A stretch of 63,966 nucleotides of DNA, the filler included, from Basidiobolus ranarum (Eukaryota), in the NCBI GenBank assembly GCA_040143965.1. It is 10 parts of 10 records of this genome, joined end to end, with 100 filler letters (N's around TTAATTAATTAA, not from the genome) between each part and the next. Parts side by side here need not be neighbours in the genome. Positions count along the whole stretch, not along the records: positions 1 to 6,325 come from JASJQH010008218.1; positions 6,426 to 12,745 come from JASJQH010008219.1; 8 more parts are not named here. The stretch is one strand, 5' to 3'. A model generated the notes under the pieces. The model searched no databases and had not been told where the DNA came from. It saw only the letters and a list, made by a program, of their open reading frames with translations. Shown piece after piece: positions 1 through 12,745 of the stretch (positions within the stretch are counted from its first letter, which is position 1; each line of letters starts with the position of its first letter). Made by a program: the position numbers and the translations under genes.

Positions 1-668
1 AAGGGCAAGCAAAAGCCACACAAACACTGCAAAGCACCCTCAGTAGTGTCATACTACAAGGATGTATAATAATAGTGAAAGTGCTTGAGGATTATTTTCA
101 AAAGTATGAAGGGAAAAATGCAGTGCAGGTGTGCAAAAAGTGGCTTCCAAAGAAGAACATTCAACCTGACATTCAGTCTGGTGTTGACCATGCAGATATC
201 TGGGAAGATCTTAATACAGAGTGGCACGATATTGCAGGGTATCTGCCAGATGGCTGGAAGAATGTTGATTCAGCAACATTAATAAAATAGTGGGCTTTGA
301 TGGAGATGTTGATAGAAGCTCATGATGGGTACAAGCTAAGCCTTGGGTATGAAGAACTCTATAAAAGTATTCAGGAGAATATATCAAAGAGACTAGGGAT
401 TTCAAAGGTGACAAATTAGCATTCAAGTGGTAAATGTGACAATTTGAGTTATGTTTTTTGCAAATGTATTGATCCATAGTTCTCTGAGATTGTAGCCAAT
501 TGTGTGCAGCTATTTTGCAAGATCTTGAACTTTCACTCCTGAAACTGAAAAAATTCATTAAAATCAAATCTAGCTTGACAATTTTATGATGGTAAGTATA
601 CTGTCAATCCCAAATGGATTAAAATTGTGATGGTTTACCTACAATAACAATCCTCAAATATCTGTTAG
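1..668 (+). repeat. Copy A (3' part) of a ~2.2-kb degenerate repeat carrying an unknown ORF
   Basis: The reverse complement of 603-668 matches 2417-2483. The peptide KVLEDYFQKYEGK (75..290) recurs as KVLEEYFQNYEGK on the minus strand at 2944..3141. Confidence 0.85.
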
Positions 669-818
669 GGATTACTTTTGATATCTACCAGGCTTTGTGC
701 AGCTAGTGGCTTTGTATAGTGACCTTGCTGGTGATTATTTTTTTTACAATGCCTCTGGCTTTAATAGCACACAAAGGTGTGACAATAATAGCAGCACTTC
801 CGTAAATGTTTGTGTTTT

Positions 819-2416
819 AGCATGAGAAGAATATTGTGGAAGAGAAAACACCTCCAATATAAGAGTGGTGTACTAGGTGTATCCCATCAATATTGTCAGC
901 TGATTCTGAGACAGTGTCTCAGAATGCCAGCTGGAGATATACAAGAAATTTCTGGTAATGGATGATAATTTTGGTTTATTATAAGCTGTTTCTAAGCAAT
1001 CTCATGACATCAAGTTTACCATTGGAAAGTTTCAATGCCATTCAAAAGCATTCAAAATCTTAAATAAATTGGCTTCCAAATACACACCTGCTTGCACAAA
1101 CGGAAAAAAACCAGTAAGCCCAGAGGAATTAACTGTAAAGCAGTCTAGCAATTCACTATCCACTTAGGAAGGCATTAACATGATGGAAACTAACTCAAGT
1201 AATACTGAAGTATCAATCAATATACCAGTGGGGTTCCTTTCCAGCACTAGTGCAAGTGAAGAGATTGTAATCCCCAATTATGTAGTGAAGTAATAGTTGA
1301 GCAAAGGTCAACAGAAACACTGTCAAGCCCATGAACTTCCAAAATGGCTGCTTTGCCACCTATTAAACAACCCACTGTAGAGAATTTGGAAATCATTATT
1401 ACAACAAGAGAATCTGAGGCAGAACATTATATTATTTGTAAGCAATCATTAGTAAAAGCTACAAAGTTGTTATACAGGTCATGATAAGCAATTACATTGT
1501 AATAATGCAATGACCACAGCATTCTGAACAACTAGTCAATGGTCAGAGAGTCACTCAACAATGATACAAGACTTTCAGAGTGCTGTACCTGAGCTATAGC
1601 TACATGCTGCTCCTTCCATCCATTCTCTATGAGATTTCAATCAGTCCCACACCATATATATAAATGCCACCATGACAATTTAGCACAGGAGCATATGTGC
1701 TGGCCCATTGAGCCTATATAATGACCCAAAATTGCTGGGCACATGAAAATATAAATCTCATAGGAAAACTGGCAAACTAAAAGACTCCAAATGTCAGAGC
1801 TGCTGTTACTTGCTTGGATGATGAGTGGTTTAACATTTAGGAATTTGTGGAGATTCCAGCCAGAAAGCACCTCAATTTTAGCCAAGTATGGAAAAACCTG
1901 GCATTAGTCTGTAGGTTCTTGACTTATTTCATGTAACTGATCTTGGGTTTTGCAAGCAAATGTCAATAGGGCTAGTATAGGCCTATTCATGAGATGTCTC
2001 AAAAAGTTATGCAATTGTTAACTTGGAAAATAAATAAAATCTGCTGATGAAGCACTCAATGATCAGGAAGCTAGTAAACCCCAGGCAAAAGCAAAGGAGC
2101 CAGTGAGTTTAGGCTCTACTGTCCTTTTACCAAATTCTTCACACCATCATGATAATCTCTATTTCTAGAGTTGGATATACTTGCAAAAAAGCTTCATTTT
2201 ATTATGCAACTAGCTACACCTGTTGGATGAGTGCTAAACTTGAAAGCTTATCCAACAACTGGCACCTCTCAACAAGCCAAAACACCAGCAAACAAAACTC
2301 ATGGCTCTCCAACCTCAACTGGTACTTTTCAATGTATTGAAGTTAGCCCTAAAGTTGAAGGCTAGCAAAAAGCCAGACAAAAGCTGCTAAGCAACCACAG
2401 TAGTGTCACACTGCAG
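819..2416 (+). repeat. Copy B (5' ~1.6 kb, 3'-truncated) of the same repeat
   Basis: 820-930 aligns to the reverse complement of ~4530-4636, 2200-2360 aligns to the reverse complement of ~3085-3240, and 2360-2416 resembles 1-60. Confidence 0.85.
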
Positions 2417-4636
2417 CCTAACAGAAGTTTGAGAATTGTTATTGTAGGTAAACCATCACAGTCTTAATCCATTTGGGATTGACCATTTACTTATTGTTAT
2501 ATAATTATCAAGTTAGATTTGATTTTAATCAAATTTTTCAGTTTCAGGAGTAAAATTTGAAGATCTTGCAAAGTAGTTTTACATGATTGGCTACAATCTC
2601 AGAGAACTATAGATCAATCCAAGTGCAAAAAACATAACTCAAATTTTACACATTTACCATTTGAATGCTAATTTGTCACCTTCAAAATTCCTATTTTCTT
2701 TGATATATTCTCCTAAATATTTTTATAGAGTTCTTCTTACTGAAGGTCTAGCTCATATCCAACACAAGTTTGTATCAACATCTCCATCAAAGCCCACCAT
2801 TGTATTAATGTAGCTGAATCAACATTCTTACAGCTATCTGGTGGATACCCAACAATATTATGCCACTCTACATTAAGTTCTTCCCAGTTATCTGCATGGT
2901 AAGCACCATACTGATTGTCAAGTTGTATGTTCTTCTTCTGAAGTCACTTTCTGCATACTTGCGCTGTGTACTTACCTTCATAGTTTTGAAAATACTCCTC
3001 AAGCACTTTGACTATTTTTGTACGTCCTTGCAGTGTGACACTACTGAGGGTGCTTTGCAGTGTTTGTGTGGGTTTTGCTTCCTTTACCTTTGGGACTAAT
3101 TTCAACACTTTGAAAAGTACCAGTTGAGGTTGGAGTGCCATGAGTTTTATTTGCTGATGTTTTGGCTTGTTGAGAGGTGCCAGGTGTTGGATAAACTTCC
3201 AAATTTAGCACTCTTCCAACTGGTGTACCTGGTTGCATGGTGAAATTAAGCTTTTATGCCATTATATCAGACTCAGGAAATGCAGATCTTTGTGATGGTG
3301 TGAGTAATTTGGTAAGTAGGACATCAGAGCCTAAACTCACTGGCTCCTTTGCTTTTCACCTGGGTCTACTAACTTTCTGCTCCTTGAGTACCTCTTGGGC
3401 AGCTTTGATTTTTTTCCAAGTTTATAATTTCATAACTTTTTGATATGTCTCATGAATAGGCCAATACTAGCTTGATCACCATTTTCTTGCAAAAACCCAG
3501 CATAAGCAACATGAAATAAGTCAAGAACCTTCACAGTAATGCCAGGTTTTTGGTTTTTCGATGATTGGCTCATATCCAGGTGATTTTGGCCAAGATTCTG
3601 CACAGACTTCAAAATGATAAACCACTCATTATCAGAGCAAGTGATGGCAGCTCTCACATTCAGAGTCTTTTGGTTTGCCATTTTTCCTATGAGATTTCTA
3701 CTTTCAAGTGCCCAAGCAAATTCAAGTTGTTGTGTGGGCTAAATGGTCCAAAGCATATTTTACTCTGCTTGATTGTCATAGTGACATTTATATGTATGGT
3801 GTGGGATTGATTGAAATCCCATATGAGAATGGACAGAGGAAGCAGCATATTGCTGTAGCTCAAGTACAGCACTCTGAAGGTCTTGTATCATTGTTGAGTG
3901 ACTCTCTAACTATCAACTAGTTGCTTCCAAACACTGCATTTATTGCAATATTGCGGCATTATTACTTGTCATGGCCTGTATAGCAACTTTGTAGTTTTTA
4001 CTTATGATTGCACATAAATCATTACGCTGGTCTGCCTGCAATTCTCTGCTTGTAATGATTCTATCCAAATTTTCTGCAGTGGGTTGCTCAATAGTGGACA
4101 AAGTAACCATTTTGGAAGTTAATGGTCTTGAAGGTGTTTTGGCTGAACTCTGCCCAACTGTTGATTTACAATGTAATTTTGGGATTGCAATCTTCACTTG
4201 AACTATTGCTATAAAGGAACACATCTGTTCAATTGATTAATGCTTTACCATTACTTGCATATGTTTCCAGCATGTAGATGCCTTCCAAAGTGGATAGTGG
4301 ATTGCTAGACTGTTCATGAATTAAGTCCTCTGCTCTTGCTGGTTTTTTTCCTTTTGTGCCCACAGGCTTTGGCTTGAAAGCCAATTTTGATTTAAATTTT
4401 TAATGCTTTTGGAATTGCATTGAAATTTTCAGATAGTAAACTTGATGAAGTGAAATTTGCTTAGAAGCAGATTATAATACACCAAACTGCCATCCCTTAC
4501 TGGAAATATCTTATAAATCCCATGATGACTCATCTGTGACAATAGCTCAGAATCAGCTGATGGTATTGATGTGCTATACCTAAAATACCACCCTTACATA
4601 GAAGCTGTTCTTTTTTCCACCATATCTTTCTAATGC
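2417..4636 (-). repeat. Copy C (most complete) of the same repeat, inverted relative to A and B
   Basis: Colinear reverse-complement similarity to both A and B. The minus-strand ORF fragments 3940..4224, 3687..3872, 3430..3681, 3041..3238 and 2944..3141 tile one disrupted reading frame. Confidence 0.85.
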
Positions 4637-5719
4637 CGTTGTAGTATTTTAGGGTTTAAGTAGCAACTATAGCTGCAATATCCTAAGGGTTTTGTGAGGT
4701 GTTCAAACGGTGTTCTAATAACGGTTAAATAACTTGGAGATGTATGGTAATATGGGTCTGTCTCTTGCCTCTTGGGTCTTTGTGAGAGGGAATCAAGCCT
4801 CCAGAAATGTCTAGGGACTGATAAACCACAATGCAATGTACAGCTTTCTGTTGAATAATACACTGGCACCAGACAAAAGAATATACTGGCTTAAGCATCC
4901 TTTGAGAATGATCAGATAAAAAGGGTATATCCAATCATAAACAACTGTAAACTCAGCCAGCAGGGTCTTGAAAAAGGATGCACTAGTAATGATTTATCCA
5001 AGGATATGAAAAGTTCCTTGCCTATGTAGACAAAGTTAGGGAAAAAATACAATGTATTAGAAATATAACACCTACCTGTCAGCACTTCCTTTGAGCCAGT
5101 CAAGTCCTTTCTAGTCACACAGTAGCCTGTAACTGCCTCTAGTAGTCTCTCTTGAGCTTCCTCTTCAAAGGTCTTATAAGTGGTGATGAAAATGAGGGGT
5201 GATCACAAGTAGTAATTGTTAGTTAAAACCAATATGATTTTTATTTGAAAAGATATGGTTCCTATTTATACTTTTCTGATGGTAGAAATGATTACTAATG
5301 AGAATTTCTGGAAAGTTCCAGAGAATTCTATTGATAGGGATTGGGGGTCATGCTACCACCATAAATCATAAGATCAGTAATCCATGGAATGTGCTGGAAG
5401 ATTGTATAATAATCCAGAAAGTCATGGAATGTTTTGGTAAAATCAAGTTTTTATTGGTCAAAACTCAATTAATCATCAAATATTCCAAGAATCTTGTGGA
5501 ATGTTCCAGAAGATTGTAGAATTTTCCAGAAACTAATAGGACTAATGTGGTTTAATATTGATAAATCTGAAATAATAGGGCATAATATCAATGGCGCAAT
5601 ACAATTGGCTAGACAATATAGGTAAGTCAAATATGAATAATAAAATAGAAATTGTGCAATAGTAATGATATGAGCTTGGAGTGGAAATAAGTCAACTGCC
5701 AGTGGGTAGCAATGCTACC

Positions 5720-6325
5720 TCACTATAATGTGATAAGGAATCAGGTTTTCCTTGCTGGCTGCCTGGTCAATATGTCATCACAAAATCAAAACTGGCAAGA
5801 AATAATGACCATCTTACTCAATGATGGTTGAGAACTTTGGTTGTACTAAAATATTGAAGATTCTTGTGATCACAATAAACAGTGATTCTGTGATTTGCTC
5901 CATCCAAGTAATGTTGCCATTGTTCAAATGCAGCAATAGTTGCTAATAGTTCCTTGTCATAGATCTCATAGTTGATTTCAGCAGCAGAGAACTTTCTTGA
6001 GTAAAAGGCAAAAGGGTGCAGTAAGTTGTCATCATCAAACTGTGATAGTACTGCTCCTAGAGCTAAGTCAGATGTATCAATTTCAACAATAAATGGCTTG
6101 TTTAGTTTGGGATGTGCCAGGATTGGTGCTGAGGTAGAAGCACTCATTAAAGTTACAAATGCTTGTTGGCAAGATGGGTTCCAGTTGAATGGGAGTTCTT
6201 TCTTTGTAAGGTTTGTTAATGGAGCAGATATTTTGGAGTAGTTCTTGACAAACTGTTGGTCAAAGTTTGCAAATCCAAGGAAAGATTGGACATCCTTCAC
6301 ATTCTTGGGAGTATCCCAAGACAGA
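5720..6325 (-). mobile_element. Ty3/Gypsy LTR retrotransposon pol remnant (RT connection/RNase H)
   Basis: Motifs VQSFLGFANF, PFIVEIDTSDLALGAVLSQ, AFYSRKFSAAEINYEIYDKELLA and VYCDHKNLQYF. After a stop the frame continues RWSLFLASFDFVMTY*PGSQQGKPDSLS. Confidence 0.95.
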
Positions 6326-6425
6326 NNNNNNNNNNNNNNNNNNNNNNNNNNNNNNNNNNNNNNNNNNNNTTAATTAATTAANNNNNNNNNNNNNNNNNNN
6401 NNNNNNNNNNNNNNNNNNNNNNNNN
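6326..6425. other. Artificial 100-nt contig linker (N44-TTAATTAATTAA-N44). Identical linkers at 12746-12845, 19163-19262, 25578-25677, 31991-32090, 38396-38495, 44796-44895, 51189-51288 and 57581-57680
   Basis: Identical structure at all nine gaps, a six-frame stop core, and flanking segments sorted by decreasing length. Confidence 0.98.
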
Positions 6426-6587
6426 CCTATCCCTTCGCAAGCAGCCAATCTACAATCCATAAATCCCGATGTACAACAGCCATTGAATTATGCCTCTTCA
6501 CAAGCTATCCCGAATACTTCGCAAACTGTTCCAAAAAATAATGCAAATACATTGGCTGGAGTACCTGGTCAACTGCCAGGGCAATAA
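6426..6587 (+). CDS. 3' end of an unknown gene (Q/P/N-rich C-terminus), truncated by the contig start
   Basis: Open frame from the first contig base: PIPSQAANLQSINPDVQQPLNYASSQAIPNTSQTVPKNNANTLAGVPGQLPGQ*, followed by an AT-rich 3' region. Confidence 0.5.
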   Translation, partial: PIPSQAANLQSINPDVQQPLNYASSQAIPNTSQTVPKNNANTLAGVPGQLPGQ

Positions 6588-6870
6588 GCCTTCGATGATT
6601 ATATTGTTACACAAAGAGGGATATAACCCAGAAAATAAGAAGATTTGTGTAAATAAGTGCGCTTAAATGATAAATTGTCTTGGTCGACTTCGGTTATAGT
6701 GAGAAATATTAATAATAAATCACCTATGAATTACTTCCGATACTTACGAAATGATAGACGCGTTTCAAACCTCCACAGTTTGGCTTGGCAAGAATATGTA
6801 TACTTCAGTTCATGATCACAATAACTATTTAGCATGGTGAATGCACAAGAACTTATTATTTTTTACATAG

Positions 6871-7722
6871 CAAAATAATGCTGCTGCAGGTTCAAAGTAA
6901 TTTTCAGTTTCGTTTCCAAGTTGAATCAGAATATGTTTTTGTCCAAGGTCTCGATTTTATTGATCTCATCATTAGCAATGTTACAAGAAAACCGATTGAT
7001 CGGAATTTACCTTCAAAAGTAAATAGTTAATTCAACAATCGCATAGTTGATCCGTATTTAACAGTTTTCGTCTAGATTGAAAGCACTGTTCTGGAAGCTA
7101 AACTATATACTTATCTTCAAGCACAAGAGAAGAAATTAGATGCTCTAGTTACTCGTAAAGAGCTCGAACTTCAAGATTCTCTGGTGAAATCTTCTTATGT
7201 ATGAGGGTTTTTTTCGTTGCTCTTACACATGTGTCACTGACCTTTCTGTCTATGGATGCGTAGGTTAAAAAAACATTGAGAGTATTTGTGTCGAACCTGG
7301 TAACCGATCAACCTTTTATGATTGATTAAAATCTTACCTCTTCTGATATACCTTCTTGGATATTGTAGATTTTAGATGTTTACTGTTTATACAAGATTGT
7401 CCAGTACGTACACGCGCTTCACAATGCTATCATCAAGCGTAATTTTTTCTACGGATTCTCCTCTAAGCCCACAGAGTTCCTCGAATCTTGGATTGGATCT
7501 CAAAGGAAAGATTTTGAGGTATGCTAATACCGGTGTATGGAAGTCCTTGTTATCAAATTCTCACTGACTTCATCTTCTTGCGGATAATATTGGGGGATTC
7601 ATATTCCTTAGAACTGGATGACCCATGAAGAGCAGATTTATTCAGTAAACCTTGGATCGATGAGGCTATATTTTGTTATTTGATGTGTTCTCATTCCATT
7701 ACTTCTCTAAATCACTTCTAAC
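6871..7722 (+). pseudogene. SNF12: SWI/SNF-RSC subunit SMARCD/BAF60/Snf12 pseudogene with internal deletion
   Basis: Hand-spliced exons read RKPIDRNLPSK / IESTVLEAKLYTYLQAQEKKLDALVTRKELELQDSL / VKKTLRVFVSN..* / KIVQYVHALHNAIIKRNFFYGFSSKPTEFLESWIGSQRKDFE / IILGDS..*RADF (frameshift) SKPWIDEAIFCYL. These match the N- and C-terminal SMARCD blocks; the SWIB core is absent. Confidence 0.8.
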
Positions 7723-9149
7723 CTTGTAAATAATGAGAGCCAAAGCCAGCCCATGGAACCGCCAAGGCCTAGTTATTACTAAGAAGCTATCACAGTTCAT
7801 CTTATGTTAAAAGTTTTAGGTTTCCTTTGGATATTTGAATTTGAGATACATTTTTAATTTGGTTTTCATATTCAGATAAATCGCCCCCTTGGATAACCAT
7901 AATGAAAGGGCTAACATGGAAAAGTGTAAATACATAGAAAAATTGGAATCGATGTTAAATCAACACTACTAACAAAACATCCTTTGAAAATTTGACAGTA
8001 TCCGTTGTATGAGCCAAACAGATGCATAAAGTCAATGAACTGATCATATCGCTCCCACAGCCAACGTCTCTATCATACTGACAATAAAGAAATCTCTATA
8101 TTATTTTACTTGGTGATAGGATCCTGGTCAGGTTCTAGCTGCCAAGGACAAATCTTTAAAAATTTGTTGAGATTCTACAGGTGCCAGTAGCACTTGTGCT
8201 GTTGTGGTAGCAATTGCACTAAATACAGGCACAGAAAAGATTCACTTTTTTTGATTCCGCTCCGATATTTCCTGACATCAATTTGCAAGTTCTTTTATGA
8301 TATCTGAATGAACCAGCTTTAATTATCATTGAATTCGGAAATTTACTTTTTACAACTTGAAGTATTATTTCGTAAATTCTTAGAAAATCCTGATCATTAG
8401 TCGAAGAGGCTATATTGCTTTAGCTAGAAGTCTATTTATCATTCTTCAGCCCCTACTTTTAACTTGCATTATCTATAGAACGGTTGCAAACTGAAGGTCA
8501 CTGAGCTAAATTCTATTACTATTGTTCTCTTGACCCATATTTCCCATACCAATATATATATGTTCCTTTATCTGATATCTCTATAAAAATTCCCTCTAAT
8601 GAACACTAATTAAACAACATCCTCAGCTTTTCCGAAGTTTCCCGAAACCTTATGCTCTCTCAATTAAACATTTTAACGATTCCGGGTATAAATATTCTCA
8701 AGGTTGATCCGAGACATGAGTTTAGACTGACTACAATTTCAAAATCAATACATCTGAAAAATTCCCTCACATTCAACTAAGGGGTACACCTAAATATACT
8801 TTGAAGCGTATTCTACAAAGAACTTTTAAATTCTGCATGAGTTTTTGTTGAGCTCAGCTGATTTCAAAAGAATGTATTCAAATCGTCATTATTGATTATT
8901 CTCACGATTAGATTTCACCCTTTATAAACTTCAATCCAAATACCGTGCGTGGCATCATAATTGATATGTGACCGTTCTCCTTCACCAATAAACTTCAATT
9001 CCCCATGAATATTCACACGCTTTAGTACCAGAATTGTGCACATAGTGACACAAGGTACAATGCTGTCTTAACTATATCGATGTAGTCTCCACATATAAAC
9101 TTCAATAACCGGCTACACTCCTTTATCACTTTCCTTCTATAATACAATC

Positions 9150-10663
9150 ATGTCACTTTTGAGAGCTTCTACATCTCGCACCGTTGGATTATTGAATCAA
9201 ATTGTACAATATGCTTATAACACTATTTTCATTCTTGTCAATCTCGCTAATCTAATTTGTATTAATATTCGTTAGACTCGCGGTTCTGTTGTTTCTGTAT
9301 CAAAGAGATTCATTACCAACGATACTTACAATAGTAATGTGTCAGGTTTATCAGAAGATCAAGCTCATGTATTCCTAAGAATTGTAAACTTTTGTCCAAG
9401 ACACATTTCTAACCTCTATGTGTATGTAGTTCAGACAAACTGTTCACGACTTTGCTCAAAAAGAGCTTGCACCTCGTGCAACTGACATTGACAGAGAGAA
9501 TGAATTTCCCTCCGTAAGTACTCCATCAATTTTTTTTGATCCGCAAACGTTTTTAACATTTTAGGTGACTTAGGATATGTGGAAGAAGTTCGGTGATATG
9601 GGTCTCCTTGGAATAACTGCACCTGAAAAATATGGTGGTCTTGGCTTAGGATATTTAGAGCATACCTTAGTTATGGAAGAGATAAGCAGAGCTTCTGGCT
9701 CCGTTGCTCTCAGCTACGGAGCTCATTCCAACCTATGTGTCAACCAAATTGTAAGGAATGGTAATGAGGCTCAAAAATCTAAATATTTGCCCAAGGTACA
9801 TATCTACTTCAACTATTCCTTTTTTTTATTTTCTAATCTTTTTATTTCAGTTGATCAGTGGTGAACATGTCGGTGCTTTAGCAATGAGTGAACCTGGTGC
9901 TGGGTCAGATGTCGTCTCTATGCGTCTTCGCGCTGAAAAGAAAGGTGACCGTTACATTTTGAACGGTAATAAGATGTGGATCACCAATGGTCCTGACGCC
10001 GACACTCTGGTTGTATACGCAAAGACCAATCCAGATGCAGGAGCACATGGTATCACTGCTTTCCTGATTGAAAAAGGATTCAAAGGATTTAGTGTTGCTC
10101 AAAAACTTGACAAACTTGGTATGCGTGGCTCTAATACCGGAGAACTTGTCTTTGAAGACTGTGAAGTTCCTGCTGAAAACGTTCTTGGTGAAGAGGGAAA
10201 GGGTGTTTATGTGTTGATGAGTGGCTTGGATTATGAGAGATTAGTCCTTTCAGGTGGCCCATTGGGTTTGATGCAAGCTGCTTTGGATGTCACCATCCCC
10301 TACGTCCATACTAGAAAGCAATTTAACAAGCCTATTGGAGAATTCCAGCTTCTTCAAGGCAAACTTGCCGATATGTATACCAAATTGATGGCTAGTCGCT
10401 CTTATACTTATTCTGTTGCTAGAGCGTGCGACAATGGACACGCCAGTAACAAAGATTGTGCTGGGGTTATTCTTTATACCGCTGAGCGTGCAACTGAGGT
10501 TGCTCTTGATGCCATTCAATGCTTAGGAGGTAATGGATACATCAATGAGTACCCTACGGGAAGAATTCTTCGTGATGCCAAATTATATGAAATTGGCGCT
10601 GGAACTAGTGAAATTCGCAGAATGCTCATTGGCCGTGAGTTCAACAAGGAATTTAAAGAATAA
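9150..10663 (+). CDS. IVD: Mitochondrial isovaleryl-CoA dehydrogenase; exons 9150-9203, 9276-9368, 9430-9513, 9574-9795, 9851-10663
   Basis: Acyl-CoA dehydrogenase motifs [38 protein letters not shown] and [36 protein letters not shown] introns join in frame, and the N-terminus is an R/S-rich presequence. Confidence 0.96.
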
Positions 10664-10940
10664 ATAAGGCTTCTTTAATTACCTTCACATCTCAGTATTC
10701 ATTCTCATAATTTGTATGTATAAATCAATAAAATTGTGAGTAATAAAAGTGAAACTATGAGCCGTATAAATTCTATATCACACTAAATTCAGTACGATTA
10801 CAATCAATAAAATCTCAATTTATGGCTACCAGAATTATAGTGGAAATTTCGTCTTGAGAGCTCCTTAGTTGTAATTAAATATTAGCTGGCATACCTACAC
10901 ACTAAGAGACTTTTGTTGAGAAAGTCATATCAAGACGTCA

Positions 10941-12745
10941 ATGAGTAACGATAACTCTGTAGAAAATACAGTGTTAACTGACAAATCTCAAAACTCAAAT
11001 AATTTTGAGTTTGATGAGAATACTTTGGTCGCTGCAGCTAGTTCCGTAGAGAAACAGGAATTAATTCTGTTACAATGGCTTGCAACAGTGGAGAAAGAAT
11101 TGGAAAACATTTCTGAAGTACTCACTTTAATACTTTTAACCATTTACCTCACTTTAAGTAATTTACCTGCAACTCTGTTAATAGGTATACCTCAAAAGCA
11201 TTCAGGACGAGCTTGTAAAGCAATTAATGCGATTTTTTACTTATCCCTCACCAAAACTAAAAAGACCTCTTCGTCAAGTTTTGGGACGCTGTCTTGTATT
11301 TATATATTCGAAAGGAGATACTTCACATCTGATAGATACTTTAAACACTTTAAATGGGGTGACTAATTCCGGAAAGAGTTCAGTGGATAAACTAACTAGG
11401 ATGTAACATAGAAAAGTGTATATTACTCCTTTATCTCCTATTATAATTACTAACCTAGAATTGTATAGAGCTGCTATACACTGTACTGGTACCTTGTTTG
11501 AAAGCTGTGGTCATAAGGTATGGTTGCCATTAGTTTTGTATATTTGCTTCGATAGCTGATCTCATGTCTATCAGATTGGATCATACTTTGTAGATACTAC
11601 CGCTGGACTTCTTAAAATCATCAAGAGTACATCAGAAGTATATTGTCAAAATAAATCTAGTAACATATTCTATGAAAAATATTAAGATTTGCAATATAGC
11701 AATATGCCGGTTCAATCAAAGTCGAAGCAATTCGTGCTATAGCAAAAGTTATCCGTGGTTGTGGAAAAAATACACCTGACCAGAGTTTGAAAGAAATAGT
11801 CAAATACATGAAGAGTGGGCTTTGCGATAAAAACTTTGCCAATAGAATTGCCTGTGCAGAGGTATATATTTCGTAGTACCATTATATCACCTAGATTACC
11901 GTATGGTGACACTCAAGCTTTTATTTCCTTCTAGTGTCTAAGAGAAGTGGCATCTCAGACAACTTATTTGCTTCCTTCCATTGCAAATGATTTAGACGTC
12001 CTTTTGCTTCAAATATTCAAGGCTTTCGAATCATCTAATTACGATGTACGTCGAGAGGTCGCTTCTTTAGTGGCAGTTATAACAGCAACAACACAATCAC
12101 CAGTCATGGCTACCGCTTCGGCTAAAATTAGTATCCGAATGGCCAAGAGTGTTTCTTTTCCGTCACAAAGCAATTCGCCTACATCTGAAGCCGGATCTAA
12201 GAGAGATGAAAACGGGGTATTTAGTATTGAGGAAACGCTCTCCGCCCTGTCTTCTTGCTTTTCCAAGATAGTAACAAGGGAGTCACGTGTTGGTATTATT
12301 GAAACGTATGCTGAACTCTTTTTGAGTCTTGGCCCGAGTTTTATTGAAGTTAACTACGCTGCAATCTCAAGACACATTTTAGCAGAGTTAGTAGGGAAAA
12401 ATCTTACTGGTACTAAACTTGATATCCTTTGTGTGCAAGAGTGGTGTAGTTTTCTACTTCGTGATATAATCGGGAAGAGGTTACTCAGTGAACAAGGTCA
12501 AGTTTTGGCTATTCGTGAATTAATGAATACATGGATTAAGTCTTGGGAGTCCAATGGTCCTTCGAAATTTATTCTACGATGCGTTTTGAATGAAGTCAAT
12601 GGATTGATTCTAGATCTTGGAGGTGTTGCTAGCTCTGTGCAGGTATAAATCACATAATTTTTTTGTCTTAATTTCTGTATATTATTTATTTACTTCTCTT
12701 GTCGAATTGGATTCTCTTAGTGATCCATTAGTAACTTTGTTGGGA
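10941..12745 (+). CDS. LAA1: HEAT-repeat AP-1 accessory protein Laa1/HEATR5, 5' part; exons 10941-11117, 11184-11402, 11469-11517, 11575-11637, 11700-11861, 11935-12642; truncated by the gap
   Basis: ELILLQWLATVEKEL, PSPKLKRPLRQVLGRCLVFIYSKGDT, ESRVGIIETYAELF and FLLRDIIGKRLLSEQGQ resemble fungal Laa1/HEATR5. The GT-AG introns give an open frame. Confidence 0.85.

Noticed and set aside
6370-6381. Recurrent TTAATTAATTAA palindrome as a biological repeat or CRISPR-like array
   Set aside because: It is always centred in N runs and is a synthetic six-frame stop linker.
8100-8330. Coding-like minus-strand stretch (DIIKELAN*CQEISERNQKK*IFSVPVFSAIATT...)
   Set aside because: Short, stop-interrupted and not assignable to any family.
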